Source: Deinococcota bacterium (GTDB taxonomy: Bacteria > Deinococcota > Deinococci > Deinococcales > Thermaceae). Taken from it: a DNA stretch of 64,000 nucleotides. The translations under genes and the position numbers were made by a program. The stretch is taken from contig JBGFRI010000015.1 of the NCBI GenBank assembly GCA_041695225.1, forward strand, positions 32,001 through 96,000, written 5' to 3'. Below are positions 10,824-28,192 of the stretch, one piece after another. The notes beneath the pieces were generated by a model. It ran no database searches, was not told the origin of the DNA, and saw nothing but the letters and a program-made list of their open reading frames with translations. Each line of letters starts with the position of its first letter. Position 1 is the stretch's first letter.

Positions 10824-10848
10824 AAAACCCCGGAGGTCTCCGGGGTTT
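10824..10848 (-). terminator. Terminator after tRNA-Leu
   Basis: AAACCCCGGAG-G-TCTCCGGGGTTT hairpin immediately 3' of CCA. Confidence 0.8.
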
Positions 10849-10849
10849 G

Positions 10850-10935
10850 TGGTGCGCGGAGGGGGACTTGAACCCCCACACCTTGCGGCACAAGATCCTA
10901 AGTCTTGCGTGTCTACCAAATTCCACCATCCGCGC
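10850..10935 (-). tRNA. tRNA-Leu(TAG)
   Basis: Reverse complement GCGCGGATGGTGGAA...CAAGA-CTTAGGA-TCTTG, long variable arm, GTTCAAGT, CGCGCACCA. Confidence 0.95.
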
Positions 10936-10993
10936 CAATCAGAGCCTGGGGTCCTGGCCTGGCAAAAACCCACGAAACTCTGCGCCGAGCATT

Positions 10994-11071
10994 TGGGGTG
11001 AGCGATGGGATTTGAACCCACGACCCCTGGATCCACAGACCAGTGCTCTAACCAACTGAGCTACGCTCACC
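10994..11071 (-). tRNA. tRNA-His(GTG)
   Basis: Reverse complement (G)GTGAGCGTAGCTCAG...CTGTGGA...GTTCAAAT...CGCTCACCCCA, with G-1:C73. Confidence 0.95.
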
Positions 11072-11094
11072 ACGCCGCGATAGCAGCAAAGTGT

Positions 11095-11123
11095 ATTGTA
11101 GGCTGGGGGTTGCAGCACGTCAA
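11095..11123 (-). promoter_or_regulatory. sigmaA promoter of the tRNA operon
   Basis: TTGACG-17 bp-TACAAT on the minus strand. Confidence 0.8.
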
Positions 11124-11149
11124 GCAGGCCGAATCGCGCCAGCTAAGCA

Positions 11150-11280
11150 TGTCGAAGGTCTAGGGTCAAAGGTCTGCGACAGCCTCGCCTGCTGCTAATA
11201 GCCTATAGCTAACTGCACTGTCTTTTAGCTATAAGCTATCGGCTATCGGCCATAAGCTTTCGACCTTTAGCCTTCGACCA
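11150..11280. repeat. Nested heptamer array (family B-type outer arms, family A inner)
   Basis: GTCGAAG GTCTAGG GTCAAAG ... GCTAATA GCCTATA ... GCTATCG GCTATCG ... CTTTCGA CCTTTAG CCTTCGAC. Confidence 0.8.
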
Positions 11281-11301
11281 AGCGCGTTAGCGCTTGCGCG
11301 G

Positions 11302-11330
11302 TTGACGCCCTGCCGTACACGGTCTATACT
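11302..11330 (+). promoter_or_regulatory. sigmaA promoter of the TetR gene
   Basis: TTGACG-17 bp-TATACT. Confidence 0.75.
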
Positions 11331-11346
11331 CTCGGCCAAGGCGCCA

Positions 11347-11946
11347 ATGGGTCATTCATACGAAGCTGACAGGCTAGAGAAATTAAGCCGCCGTGATGAA
11401 ATTCTGTACGCCGCTGGCCAGCTATTTAGCCGCCAGGGCTTCCATGCCACTTCCATGCGCGACCTGGCCCGCGCGGTAAATCTGCAAGGGGGCAGCCTCT
11501 ACGCCCATATCGAGTCCAAAGAAGCGGTTTTGTTTGAACTGGTAAACCATGCCGCGGACAAGTTCTTGAAAAGCGCCGAGACGGCGCCGACCGACCTTTC
11601 ACCCAAAGAACAACTGGCGCACCTCATTCGTGGCCACCTGGAAGTGATCGCTTGTGAGCTCGACAATGCCACGGTTTTTTTCCACGAGTGGAAATTCCTC
11701 AAGCCAGAGCTTCAGGCCAGGATCAAACTTCGGCGTGATCGCTATGAGGAACACTTCCACAAAACCATCGCTGCAGGGGTAGCCTCGGGCCATTTTCGGG
11801 TGGAGGATACTCGCCTGGCGACCCTGTTTGTCCTCTCGGCCCTGAACTGGACCTATCACTGGTATCAACCACAAGGCAGGCTGTCCCTAAAGGCGCTCTC
11901 GAGCCAGTACTGCAATCTGGTTTTCAGAACCCTGGGTGCAGACTAG
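11347..11946 (+). CDS. TetR/AcrR family regulator (KstR2/PaaR-like C-terminus)
   Basis: EILYAA..LF..QGFHATSMRDLA..GSLYAHI.SKE HTH; LNWTYHWY. Confidence 0.9.
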   Translation: MGHSYEADRLEKLSRRDEILYAAGQLFSRQGFHATSMRDLARAVNLQGGSLYAHIESKEAVLFELVNHAADKFLKSAETAPTDLSPKEQLAHLIRGHLEVIACELDNATVFFHEWKFLKPELQARIKLRRDRYEEHFHKTIAAGVASGHFRVEDTRLATLFVLSALNWTYHWYQPQGRLSLKALSSQYCNLVFRTLGAD

Positions 11947-12111
11947 CTGATACGCTATCCCAGCGGTGGTCTCGCCCATTTATCAGACGCACTGGAGCTT
12001 TAGCTACAAGTATCGTCCAGGAGAGTACACACCGGTGCGCCCGGCTAGCCTTGAGGCGCCAACAAATGCATTACCCCAGGCAATTCTGCGGGGTTTTGAC
12101 ACAACGGTCTG

Positions 12112-12981
12112 TCAGTCGTCATCAAAAGCGTTAATAAGGGCTGATTGGAATGCGTATGGCTGGTCAATCCAGGGATAATGCCCTGCCCCTTCGATGAGCT
12201 CGATCTTTCCTCCCGTAAGGTCGGCTATGGTCTGGGCTTCGGGGTAGCTACTCGCATCCAGCGAACCCAGCAAAACTGCTATGGGCCTACGTATATCCAG
12301 CAAATAGGGGGTATAGTCCAGGCGCCACAGCCCATTCAGCACAAACATCTGCCCGGGCGTATCGGCCCCAACCACCCCCGAGCCTTCTGCCACCCACTCG
12401 TACTCCATACGGCTGTGCTGGCTGGGAAACATGAGCTGGTCAAAGGCAGCCTTGGGCTCCATATAAGCAAAGGCTTCCTGTAGCAGCCGTGCGCCATCCA
12501 GGGGCAGGTCAATCTCGAGGCTCTGTTCTGCAATACCCCGCAGCCTGAGCGAAGCCAGGTAAAGCTGGCGGGCCAGCCAGGGAAAATTGGTCCAGGGGTT
12601 GACCAGCACCAGCCGCTGGGTGTTCTGGGGAAAGCGACGGGCATACTCCAGGGCCAGTAAGCCGCCGAAACCGTGCCCCAGCAAGGTCCAGGCGTTTATA
12701 CCCAGGCGGCGGCGCAGGCTCCTCAGGTCTTCAACCAGAGCGTCAACGGTAAATAGCCGCGGCTCTTCCGGTAAAGCCGGGCTGCGCCCACTGCCGCGCT
12801 GGTCGAGGTAGAGCACCCGGAAGTCTTCCAGGTACTCGCCAAAGCCCTCTCGGAGCGCATAGCTACTACCCCCAGGGCCGCCGTGCAGCACCACTATGGC
12901 CGGAGCATCCTCGGGGCCGGTGTCCTCGAGGTAGACCTCTACCCCATCGCTCACAGATATCAGATCAAATTCTTCTCGCAT
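12112..12981 (-). CDS. Alpha/beta hydrolase (proline iminopeptidase-like); nucleophile motif is GHGFGG
   Basis: LHGGPG, DQRGSGRS, GAGHYPW. Confidence 0.85.
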   Translation of the reverse strand: MREEFDLISVSDGVEVYLEDTGPEDAPAIVVLHGGPGGSSYALREGFGEYLEDFRVLYLDQRGSGRSPALPEEPRLFTVDALVEDLRSLRRRLGINAWTLLGHGFGGLLALEYARRFPQNTQRLVLVNPWTNFPWLARQLYLASLRLRGIAEQSLEIDLPLDGARLLQEAFAYMEPKAAFDQLMFPSQHSRMEYEWVAEGSGVVGADTPGQMFVLNGLWRLDYTPYLLDIRRPIAVLLGSLDASSYPEAQTIADLTGGKIELIEGAGHYPWIDQPYAFQSALINAFDDD

Positions 12982-12999
12982 TGTGCCTTCCTCGAGACT

Positions 13000-13120
13000 A
13001 AGCTAATGGACTGTCACAGGTCGAGGGTCGAAGGTCAAAAGCTATCGGCTATCAGCTATTTGGATATTGGGCTAATGGAATGTCTCAGGTCTCGGGTCAT
13101 GCGACATGCGACTTGTGACC
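13000..13120. repeat. Mixed heptamer arrays (families A and B)
   Basis: GTCACAG GTCGAGG GTCGAAG GTCAAAA GCTATCG GCTATCA ... GTCTCAG GTCTCGG ... GCGACAT GCGACTT GTGAC. Confidence 0.8.
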
Positions 13121-13125
13121 TTCTT

Positions 13126-13341
13126 CTAGTCTCGGCGTCCCTCTTCGAGCAGCTCAAAACTCCAGCTGCGCAAACCTTCCAGTCTTTCTGCTGCGGCCTC
13201 CATCTCGGGGGTATGAGCCCAGACCTCGAGTAAATAAAGTTCCTGTTCTGGACGCCATAGCAGCCTGTAGGGGTGGGGAAAGTCTCGAGCCAGGCTCCGC
13301 AGCGCTGCCAGGTTGTTGCCTTCTACAAAGAGCACTTTCAT
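13126..13341 (-). CDS. Small hypothetical protein
   Basis: 71 aa with host-like codon usage, co-oriented with its neighbours. Confidence 0.65.
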   Translation of the reverse strand: MKVLFVEGNNLAALRSLARDFPHPYRLLWRPEQELYLLEVWAHTPEMEAAAERLEGLRSWSFELLEEGRRD

Positions 13342-13371
13342 TGGTTACCACTATATGGAATTAATCATCAA

Positions 13372-13510
13372 ACGTCGCAGGTCAGAAGTTAGTCTCAGGT
13401 CTCAGGTCGCAGGTCTTTTGATTTTGGACTTTCGGCTTTCGACCTTTTTAGTCGTAGGTCGCAAGACAAAAAGCCTTTGACCCGAGACTCGAGACCTGAG
13501 ACTTGTGACA
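13372..13510. repeat. Heptamer array, family B with core GTCGCAAGACAAAAAGCCTTTGACC
   Basis: (GTCTCAG/GTCGCAG)n ... (GAGACCT/GAGACTT)n; core at 13458-13482. Confidence 0.85.
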
Positions 13511-13539
13511 CTTACAAGTCTCGCTACCCCAGGCCACCC

Positions 13540-14127
13540 TTAACATTTTCTGCTCCACACTCGTTCGAGGAAGAGCACTTGACAGGCTTCCTCCAGACTG
13601 GTCATGAGCGAATAGGCCTGCAACAGTGATTTATCGAGATCTTCCAGACTACTCCTGACAAAAGCTCCATGGCCGCGCACCACACAGGCCCGGTGCCGCT
13701 GCAAGGCTTCGGCCACAGCCTCGGCGGCCTCCGGGGTTCCCGAGGCAGTTTTGGGAGCCACCACGGGAATCTGGTCGAAGTAGTAGAGCCCTTCCAGGTC
13801 TATGGGCACTATGGCATCCAGGTGAAAAGAGAGGGCGATTGCATGGCGTGGGTGGGCGTGTACCACGGCTGTAGCGTCGGTTTTCCGGTAGATGGCGCGG
13901 TGAATCACCCGCTCTACCGAAGCTGCGTAGTCGTGCTCGGGGTCGGGCTTTAGGGGGAGTAGCAACAAGTCGTCTGGCGTCAGGTGGGCCTTCTGGGCAC
14001 CCGAGCGGGTGATCCAGATTCCCTCGCCAGCTCGCACCGAGTAGTTGCCCGAAGTAGCCGAGGCCAGCCCTGCCGCAAACAGATCCTCTCCTACCTGCTG
14101 AAAGGTGAGATAGAGCTGGGCTTTCAC
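13540..14127 (-). CDS. Class II aldolase/adducin family (fuculose-1-phosphate aldolase-like)
   Basis: SGNYS.R, ASVE..IH..IY, VVHAHP, RGHG zinc-binding His residues. Confidence 0.85.
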   Translation of the reverse strand: MKAQLYLTFQQVGEDLFAAGLASATSGNYSVRAGEGIWITRSGAQKAHLTPDDLLLLPLKPDPEHDYAASVERVIHRAIYRKTDATAVVHAHPRHAIALSFHLDAIVPIDLEGLYYFDQIPVVAPKTASGTPEAAEAVAEALQRHRACVVRGHGAFVRSSLEDLDKSLLQAYSLMTSLEEACQVLFLERVWSRKC

Positions 14128-14153
14128 ATTCTCGGGGCGCTCCTTATGGACGT

Positions 14154-14261
14154 GGATAGCTAATAGCTTATAGCGGATAGCTAAAAGCAGTTCTCGATAT
14201 CAGCCATTAGTTATCAGCTATCGGCTATAGGCCATTGACTATCGACATCAGCTATCGGCTA

Positions 14262-14266
<5 letters not shown>
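14154..14266. repeat. Heptamer array, family A, overlapping the rpoC stop codon
   Basis: GCTAATA GCTTATA GCGGATA GCTAAAAGC ... GCTATCG GCTATCAGCT. Confidence 0.85.
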
Positions 14267-18845
<4,579 letters not shown>

Positions 18846-18861
18846 TCACTCCGTGAAGAGT

Positions 18862-18944
18862 TTGTCTCAAGTCTCAAGTCTCAAGTCGCAGGTCCCAGGT
18901 CAAAGGCTTTTTGTCTTGCGACATGAGACCTGCGACCCGCGACA
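18862..18944. repeat. Heptamer array, family B, between rpoB and rpoC
   Basis: GTCTCAA x3 ... core GGTCAAAGGCTTTTTGTCTTGCGAC (18898-18922), the exact reverse complement of 13458-13482. Confidence 0.9.
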
Positions 18945-22319
<3,375 letters not shown>

Positions 22320-22719
22320 TAAACACCTCATAACCCGTGGGCTCTTCTCCGCGCTGTTCTGGCACGGCAGTGGCATACTCTGGGTCGTTTTGGGGGTTCT
22401 CGTAAGCTAACAGGGTTCTTCCGCAGGTAAATATTCCCTGCGGTGGCTGGCTCTTACGCTTTTTGTGGAACGCTCGCTAGGCGCTGGCCACAAAACACAA
22501 ACAGGAGTATAGCACATGTGCACATGAAGGCACAAGATGCAGCCGAACCCTAAAGCTGCTTTGAGATATTTTAGCACGGTATGGGGTGTTTGAGAAGGGC
22601 AGGCGGCCCAAGTCAGCTTTTTAGCGTGAAATTTGGAAAGGTATCTGGAGTCACCTGTAAGTGTAATGGTTTCGGCAGATTTTATCTTCCAACATCGGTT
22701 AAACTCGGGGGGAGGTTTT

Positions 22720-22923
22720 ATGAAGCTGAAAGTAATCGTCCATGAAGCAGAAGAAGGGGGCTATTGGGCCGAAGTTCCCTCCATTCCGGGATGCGCCACC
22801 CAAGGCGAGACCTTCGATGAACTCCTTGTTAACATCTATGAAGCCGTCGAGGGTTGCTTGTCGGTGGATATGAAAGACATCACGCTTACAGAAAAGGCTA
22901 AAGTGCTGGAGATCGCAGTGTGA
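22720..22923 (+). CDS. hicB: HicB family antitoxin (short form, no DNA-binding domain)
   Basis: [39 protein letters not shown]. Confidence 0.85.
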   Translation: MKLKVIVHEAEEGGYWAEVPSIPGCATQGETFDELLVNIYEAVEGCLSVDMKDITLTEKAKVLEIAV

Positions 22924-23126
22924 AGTTCATCTCAGGGAAGGAGTTCGCAAAGCTGCTCGAGATGAAGGGCTGGCAGCTGCGAAGAACCAAAGGAAGCCAT
23001 CACATTTACGCCAAAGCTGGCAACCCATCTCGGATTTCTATCCCGATTCACGGAAATGTTCCACTCAAGATTGGCTTGCTGAAGCACTTTATGAAGGTTG
23101 CCGGCATTGAAGAAAACGAGTTGTGA
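22920..23126 (+). CDS. hicA: HicA family mRNA interferase toxin
   Basis: [30 protein letters not shown] overlap with hicB. Confidence 0.88.
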   Translation: MKFISGKEFAKLLEMKGWQLRRTKGSHHIYAKAGNPSRISIPIHGNVPLKIGLLKHFMKVAGIEENEL

Positions 23127-23300
23127 ACATCGGTGGTTTTAGGACACTTCTATCTTGTAACAGCTGCTAAATTCGGGCTGTAAGGTGGCATGAGACACTT
23201 GACAAGGGTAGGTCGCACAAGGGGCCTTCTCTAAGCACCCTGAGGATTCAACACCAGGCTGTAATATAGTGCGGACCCCGCCATGTTATAGTACGGCATT

Positions 23301-24149
23301 GTGAAGTGGGTTGAATGCCCCAGAGACTCCTGGCAGGGCCTGGGGCGGTTTATTCCCACCGAAGAAAAACTGGCCTATCTGCATAAACTGCTCGAGGCCG
23401 GCTTTCAAAGCCTCGACCTGACCAGTTTTGTATCGCCAAAATGGGTGCCTCAGCACGCCGATGCCTTGGAGGTGCTGGCGGGCCTGCCAGCGCCGCAAGG
23501 CCGCGAGTATCTGGCAATTGTTGGCAACCAGAAGGGGCTCGAGCGGGCCTTGCAAGCCCCTCATCTGACCAAGGTGGGCTATCCCTTTTCCATCTCCGAG
23601 ACTTTCCAGCACAAAAACCCCAACATGGGTACCGAGAAATCCTGGCAGGTGCTGGAACAGCTCATAGGCCAGGCCCAGGAAAAGCAGTTTGTGGTCTATC
23701 TCTCCATGGCCTTCGGCAATCCCTATGGCGACGCCTGGGGGCCAGACCTTACCGGGCAGTTTGTTCAGCAACTGCGACAGCTCGGAAGACTTTCCGGCAT
23801 TGTGCTAGCCGATACCTACGGGGTGGCCACAGCCAGCACCATACAAGACACCGTGCAGGCAGTGGTCGCGCACACCAGCAGCGAAGGCATCGGTGTTCAT
23901 CTGCATAGCCGGCCAGAAAACACGCTGGAAAAGGTGCAGGTGGTACTGGATGCGGGTGTGCGCTGGCTCGAGGGCGCCCTGGGAGGCATTGGCGGCTGCC
24001 CTTTTGCCGGCGACGAGCTGGTAGGCAATCTGGCGACTGAGCAGGTGCTGCCCTATCTGGGCCAGCAGGGTTATCAGGTGCCGGTTAATCTCGACCGCCT
24101 GCCCGGGCTTTGCGACCAGGCCTTGTTACTACGGATAAAGTACGCTTGA
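23301..24149 (+). CDS. Hydroxymethylglutaryl-CoA lyase
   Basis: ECPRD.WQ, SFVSPKWVPQ, LADT.G, HLH, GGIGGCPFA, GNLATE. Confidence 0.88.
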   Translation: MKWVECPRDSWQGLGRFIPTEEKLAYLHKLLEAGFQSLDLTSFVSPKWVPQHADALEVLAGLPAPQGREYLAIVGNQKGLERALQAPHLTKVGYPFSISETFQHKNPNMGTEKSWQVLEQLIGQAQEKQFVVYLSMAFGNPYGDAWGPDLTGQFVQQLRQLGRLSGIVLADTYGVATASTIQDTVQAVVAHTSSEGIGVHLHSRPENTLEKVQVVLDAGVRWLEGALGGIGGCPFAGDELVGNLATEQVLPYLGQQGYQVPVNLDRLPGLCDQALLLRIKYA

Positions 24150-24150
24150 C

Positions 24151-24465
24151 CTATCCGCGCCGTAAACCCAGCAGCAAACCCACAATAAAGGCCCCGCCGA
24201 AGGGCAGGTTGGTGGTGAGCACTCCGACAAAAGCATCCCAGGCAGTCCTGATCTGCTCTTGCTCTAAAAGTGGCTCCACGTCGCGCTGGATGCGGGTCCA
24301 GTCTACCGCGATGTAGCCCATTGAGGCCAGCACCTGCACCACCACAAAAATCAGGCCCACTATAATTGCCACCCAGCGCCCAACGGTCTTGATGGCAAAG
24401 CCCACGGCGAAGCCGGCCAGGCCTCCAAAAGTAAGCTGTCCGATGTACGGCTGTATAACTTCCAC
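24151..24465 (-). CDS. FUN14 family membrane protein
   Basis: QLTFGGLAGFAVGFA.K...L...GYI.VDW pattern. Confidence 0.75.
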   Translation of the reverse strand: MEVIQPYIGQLTFGGLAGFAVGFAIKTVGRWVAIIVGLIFVVVQVLASMGYIAVDWTRIQRDVEPLLEQEQIRTAWDAFVGVLTTNLPFGGAFIVGLLLGLRRG

Positions 24466-24501
24466 TTCTCTATTGTGCCCTGTGAAAATGAGATAGAGGG
24501 T

Positions 24502-25350
24502 TCAACCGCGCTTACGCATGGCCTCGAGCATATCCCACTGCTCATTGGTAACAGCGTCGAGCACATTGAATTCCCCGGCATTCCAGACCGACTCGCCCCC
24601 GTCAATGGTAATCACATCGCCGGTAATAAAGCCGGCATAATCGGAGATCAGATAAGCCGCTAAATTGGCCAGTTCAATGTGCTCACCTGGTCTTCCCAGC
24701 GGTATCCTTTTCACAAACATCTGGGCGATTTCCGGCGTGGGCATCAGGCGAGTCCAGGCCCCCTCGGTGGGAAAGGGCCCCGGCGCGATGGCATTGAGGC
24801 GGATGCCATACTTGCCCCACTCCGCCGCCAGCGACCTGGTAAGGGTGACCACCCCAGCTTTGGCGGTAGCCGAGGGTACTACATACCCCGAGCCAGACTG
24901 GGCGTAGGTAGTGGCGATGTTGAGCATGGCGCCTTTCTGGCCCCTGGCAATCCAGCGTTTGCCCACCTCGAGGGTGCAGTAAACCGTACCATGCAGAACG
25001 ATGTTCAGCACCGTATCAAAAGCCCGATACGACAGCCGCTCGGTGGGGGAAATAAAGTTGCCGGCTGCGTTGTTAAGCAGCACATCAATCCGGCCAAAAT
25101 GGGTCTCCACCGCGTCTACCATGGCCTTCACCGCTTCGGGGTCGCGCACGTCCACCGGTGTGGTAAAGACCTCTCCCCCGGTCTGGTGCATCATCTCCTG
25201 GGCGGCCTGGGTAATGGTCTGGGCCCGGCGGCTGGTAATGGCTACCCTGGCCCCAAGTTCCAGAAAGCGCGTACTCATCGAGCGGCCCAGACCCGTACCG
25301 CCCCCCGTCACCAGCACCACCTTATCCTTCAAAAGCCCTGGTTCAAACAT
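24502..25350 (-). CDS. SDR oxidoreductase, 2,4-dienoyl-CoA reductase-like
   Basis: TGGGTGLG, NNAAGNF.SP.E.LS..AF, SATAKAGV, IAPGP. Confidence 0.85.
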   Translation of the reverse strand: MFEPGLLKDKVVLVTGGGTGLGRSMSTRFLELGARVAITSRRAQTITQAAQEMMHQTGGEVFTTPVDVRDPEAVKAMVDAVETHFGRIDVLLNNAAGNFISPTERLSYRAFDTVLNIVLHGTVYCTLEVGKRWIARGQKGAMLNIATTYAQSGSGYVVPSATAKAGVVTLTRSLAAEWGKYGIRLNAIAPGPFPTEGAWTRLMPTPEIAQMFVKRIPLGRPGEHIELANLAAYLISDYAGFITGDVITIDGGESVWNAGEFNVLDAVTNEQWDMLEAMRKRG

Positions 25351-25376
25351 AGTTTCACCGTCTTTATGGTCACGTG

Positions 25377-25506
25377 GCTAACAGCTCATAGCTTATAGCT
25401 AATAGCTAATAGCTCATAGCTTATACCGGATAGCTAAAAGCGACTGTCGCTATCAGCTATCGGCTATCAGCTATTGGCTTCTACTTTCAGCTATCGGCTA
25501 TCAGCT
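25377..25506. repeat. Heptamer array, family A, overlapping the HD-gene stop codon
   Basis: GCTAACA GCTCATA GCTTATA GCTAATA ... core AAAAGCGACTGTCGCTATC ... GCTATCAGCT. Confidence 0.9.
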
Positions 25507-26064
25507 TCCCAGCCCCAGACGCTTGGCATCGGCTTTCAGGGCGTCCAGGACAAAGGCCATATGTTCCTCCAGACCGACCCCCAGCTCCTGGGCGCCACGC
25601 ACGATTGCTTCACGGTCTATGCGTGCAGCAAAAGCCTTGTCCTTGAACTTTTTTTGCAGGCTTTCGGGCTTTAGGCTGTGGATACTCTTGTCGGGCTGCA
25701 CATACACCGCCGCGGTAATCAGGCCCACCAGCTCATCTACGGCAAACAAGACCTTGGCCATCAGTGAGTTTCGGGGGTGCTCCGGCAGATCGGTATGGCC
25801 CAGAATGGCCTCGAGTACATCGTCGGGATAGCCCATCTCACGCAGCATGGCTACCCCCTGGTGGGGATGGGTTTGCGGAGCTTTTTCGTAGTCGAAATCG
25901 TGCAGAATGCCGGCTATAGCCCATTTCTCTTCGGGCTGGCCATACTTTCGGGCATAGGCCCGCATGGCGGTTTCAACAGCCAGCATGTGCTTTTGCAGGC
26001 TTTCCGAGGGCGTCCACCGCCGCATCAGGGCCAGCGCGTCTTCATAGACCAGGTAGATCGCCAT
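25501..26064 (-). CDS. HD (HDIG) domain metal-dependent phosphohydrolase
   Basis: LQKHM.AVE, GILHDFDYE, AILGH, VDEL.G. Confidence 0.85.
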   Translation of the reverse strand: MAIYLVYEDALALMRRWTPSESLQKHMLAVETAMRAYARKYGQPEEKWAIAGILHDFDYEKAPQTHPHQGVAMLREMGYPDDVLEAILGHTDLPEHPRNSLMAKVLFAVDELVGLITAAVYVQPDKSIHSLKPESLQKKFKDKAFAARIDREAIVRGAQELGVGLEEHMAFVLDALKADAKRLGLGS

Positions 26065-26243
26065 ATGAGCCTATTCTCGGCAGTCGGACCAGGGGGGTCA
26101 AGGGCCAAACCACCTGCACGTGGCTGGTCTTGGCGCATTCTGTGCACCTGGCTTTGCCGCAACTGGTTTAGACTTTCAGCTTCAGGCTATGCAGGCTATC
26201 TCCAGGAGCACAACCTCCGCAAAAAGCGCGATAGGATAGGATT

Positions 26244-26762
26244 GTGACCGAGAAGTCTTCCACGCAATTGTCTCAGTTGCTGTTCGGCTACGGCGAGGAT
26301 GCGCACCGCCTAACAGAGGGACGCGAGCTGTGGCTGGGAGGGGTTCCGATCGAAAGTGATCGCGGCGCGATTGCCCATTCGGATGGTGATGTAATCTTGC
26401 ATGCCTTATCCGATGCCTTGCTTTCGGCCTTTGCACTGGGGGATATTGGCAGCTTTTTCCCCGACCACGACCCCCGGTGGCGGGGCCTGGAGAGCCGGGT
26501 GATTCTCGAGGTAGTGTTACAAAAGGTGCGCGACAATGGCTACCGCTTGGCTCAGGTTTTGCTAGTGGTGGTGCTAGACCAGCCCAAGCTCGGGCCTTAC
26601 CGCGGCGCCATACAGCAAAACTTAGCCCTTTTGATGGAGTTGCCGGAAAAACGGATTGGCCTGACCTTCAAAACCTCAGAGGGTCTGGCCCCCCATCATG
26701 TGCAGTGCAGGGCCCTGGTCTACCTCGAGCCCATCCTGGACAAGCAGACGGAAACACGCTAA
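26244..26762 (+). CDS. ispF: 2-C-methyl-D-erythritol 2,4-cyclodiphosphate synthase
   Basis: [38 protein letters not shown]. Confidence 0.95.
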   Translation: MTEKSSTQLSQLLFGYGEDAHRLTEGRELWLGGVPIESDRGAIAHSDGDVILHALSDALLSAFALGDIGSFFPDHDPRWRGLESRVILEVVLQKVRDNGYRLAQVLLVVVLDQPKLGPYRGAIQQNLALLMELPEKRIGLTFKTSEGLAPHHVQCRALVYLEPILDKQTETR

Positions 26763-26863
26763 TAGCTAAATGATGCTAATAGCTAAATGATGCTAATAGC
26801 TAATAGCTAATAGCCTATGGCAAAAGATTAATAGCTATCAGCGATCGGCTATCAATTATCAGC
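26758..26863. repeat. Heptamer array, family A, beginning at the ispF stop codon
   Basis: GCTAATA GCTAAATGAT x2, GCTAATA x3 ... GCTATCA GCGATCG GCTATCA. Confidence 0.85.
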
Positions 26864-26874
26864 TTCGCCACTTG

Positions 26875-28065
26875 CTAACGCGGTCTGAAACTGAAATGTA
26901 TCAGCAGCAACAGCCCCAGACCAATCAGGCCGCCCCACAAAAACGAGCTGTCGGGAAACGCGCTTCCGAGCCAGCCCGCCAAGGGGTAGCTGAACACCCA
27001 CCATAAGTGACTCCAGGCAAAGTGTGCCCCGTAGACCCGCCCTTGCAAGGCCCCTGGGATGCGGTCGGCAATCAGGGTCAGCACGGGTAAGTTAACCCAG
27101 TTCTGCCCTACCCCGGCCATAAACCAGAGCACCATCACTGGCGCAAGCGATAGCCAGTTGGCCGGAATTATCACCAGGGTGGTCACAATGGCTCCAATCA
27201 GCACAAAGGTGGTTCGGGGAAGCCGTTTCTCCCAGGCCCCCAGCGCCAGAGCCGCCAGCGTGGCCCCAACCCCGAAGACTGCCATCACCCAGCCAAAGGC
27301 CACCTCGCCCTGCCCAAGTTGGGTCCGTACCAGGACAACCGTGTTGACCAGAATCCAGGCCCCAGCAATGGAAGCTACCAGCTCGAGCAACAGGGAGTAG
27401 CGCAGCAGGCCATCGCCCCAGAGCCGTGCGGTGCCCAGCCGGACATCGCTCCAGGTAGTGGCGCTACCATCTGGGTCTTCCACCCGCAGACTGGCCCTCA
27501 GGCTCATGATTAGCAGCGCAGAAAGCAGAAAGGCGCCCGCCACCAGCCAGAACATGGGGCGAACTCCCATCAGCACCGCAAGCACACCGGCCAGGGCCGG
27601 CCCCAGAACGCCCAGCAGTTCCGCGGTGGCGCCCGAGAGTGCAATGGCTTTGGGGTAGTCGTCCTTGCTGGTTACCTGGGGTATCGAGGCCCGAAGAGCA
27701 GGGGTGAAAAACGAGAAAGCCATGTTGAGCAAGAACATCAGCACATAAACCTGCCAGACCTCGCTCACCAGTGGCATCAGCCCGATGATTACTACTCGAG
27801 ACAGGTCTGCTCCTGCCAGCAAGACCTTACGGTTGAAACGGTCGGCCAGAGCCCCTCCCAGTGGGGAAAACAGTACAAAAGCAACTACTCGTAGGGTTAA
27901 GGCCGTTCCGAGGACTATCCCGGCACTCTCCCCCGCCAGTTCAAAAGCCAGCAAGGCCAGGGCTATCCAGGTTAGGGCGTCACCCACCAGACTGACCGTC
28001 TGGGCTGCGTACAACTGGGCAAATACCGGATTGCGCAGACAGCGAAAGACCGCCAGGGCTTGCAT
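26875..28065 (-). CDS. MFS transporter, NreB/NrsD-like (putative nickel/metal efflux)
   Basis: About 12 TM, GALADRFNRK motif A, GRVYGAHFAWSHLWW C-terminal motif. Confidence 0.75.
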   Translation of the reverse strand: MQALAVFRCLRNPVFAQLYAAQTVSLVGDALTWIALALLAFELAGESAGIVLGTALTLRVVAFVLFSPLGGALADRFNRKVLLAGADLSRVVIIGLMPLVSEVWQVYVLMFLLNMAFSFFTPALRASIPQVTSKDDYPKAIALSGATAELLGVLGPALAGVLAVLMGVRPMFWLVAGAFLLSALLIMSLRASLRVEDPDGSATTWSDVRLGTARLWGDGLLRYSLLLELVASIAGAWILVNTVVLVRTQLGQGEVAFGWVMAVFGVGATLAALALGAWEKRLPRTTFVLIGAIVTTLVIIPANWLSLAPVMVLWFMAGVGQNWVNLPVLTLIADRIPGALQGRVYGAHFAWSHLWWVFSYPLAGWLGSAFPDSSFLWGGLIGLGLLLLIHFSFRPR

Positions 28066-28153
28066 CCTGATGGCAAGCTTACGACCCAGCCAGCAGGACA
28101 AGCAAGGGAACCAGGGTCCAGATCCCAGTATTCCCACAGGCCTATCAAAGAAG

Positions 28154-28192
28154 TCAATGGTCTATTAGTCTATGGTCTATTGAAGGCTATAG
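28154..28192. repeat. Short heptamer array (GTCTATG/GTCAATG variant)
   Basis: GTCAATG GTCTATTA GTCTATG GTCTATT. Confidence 0.6.
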
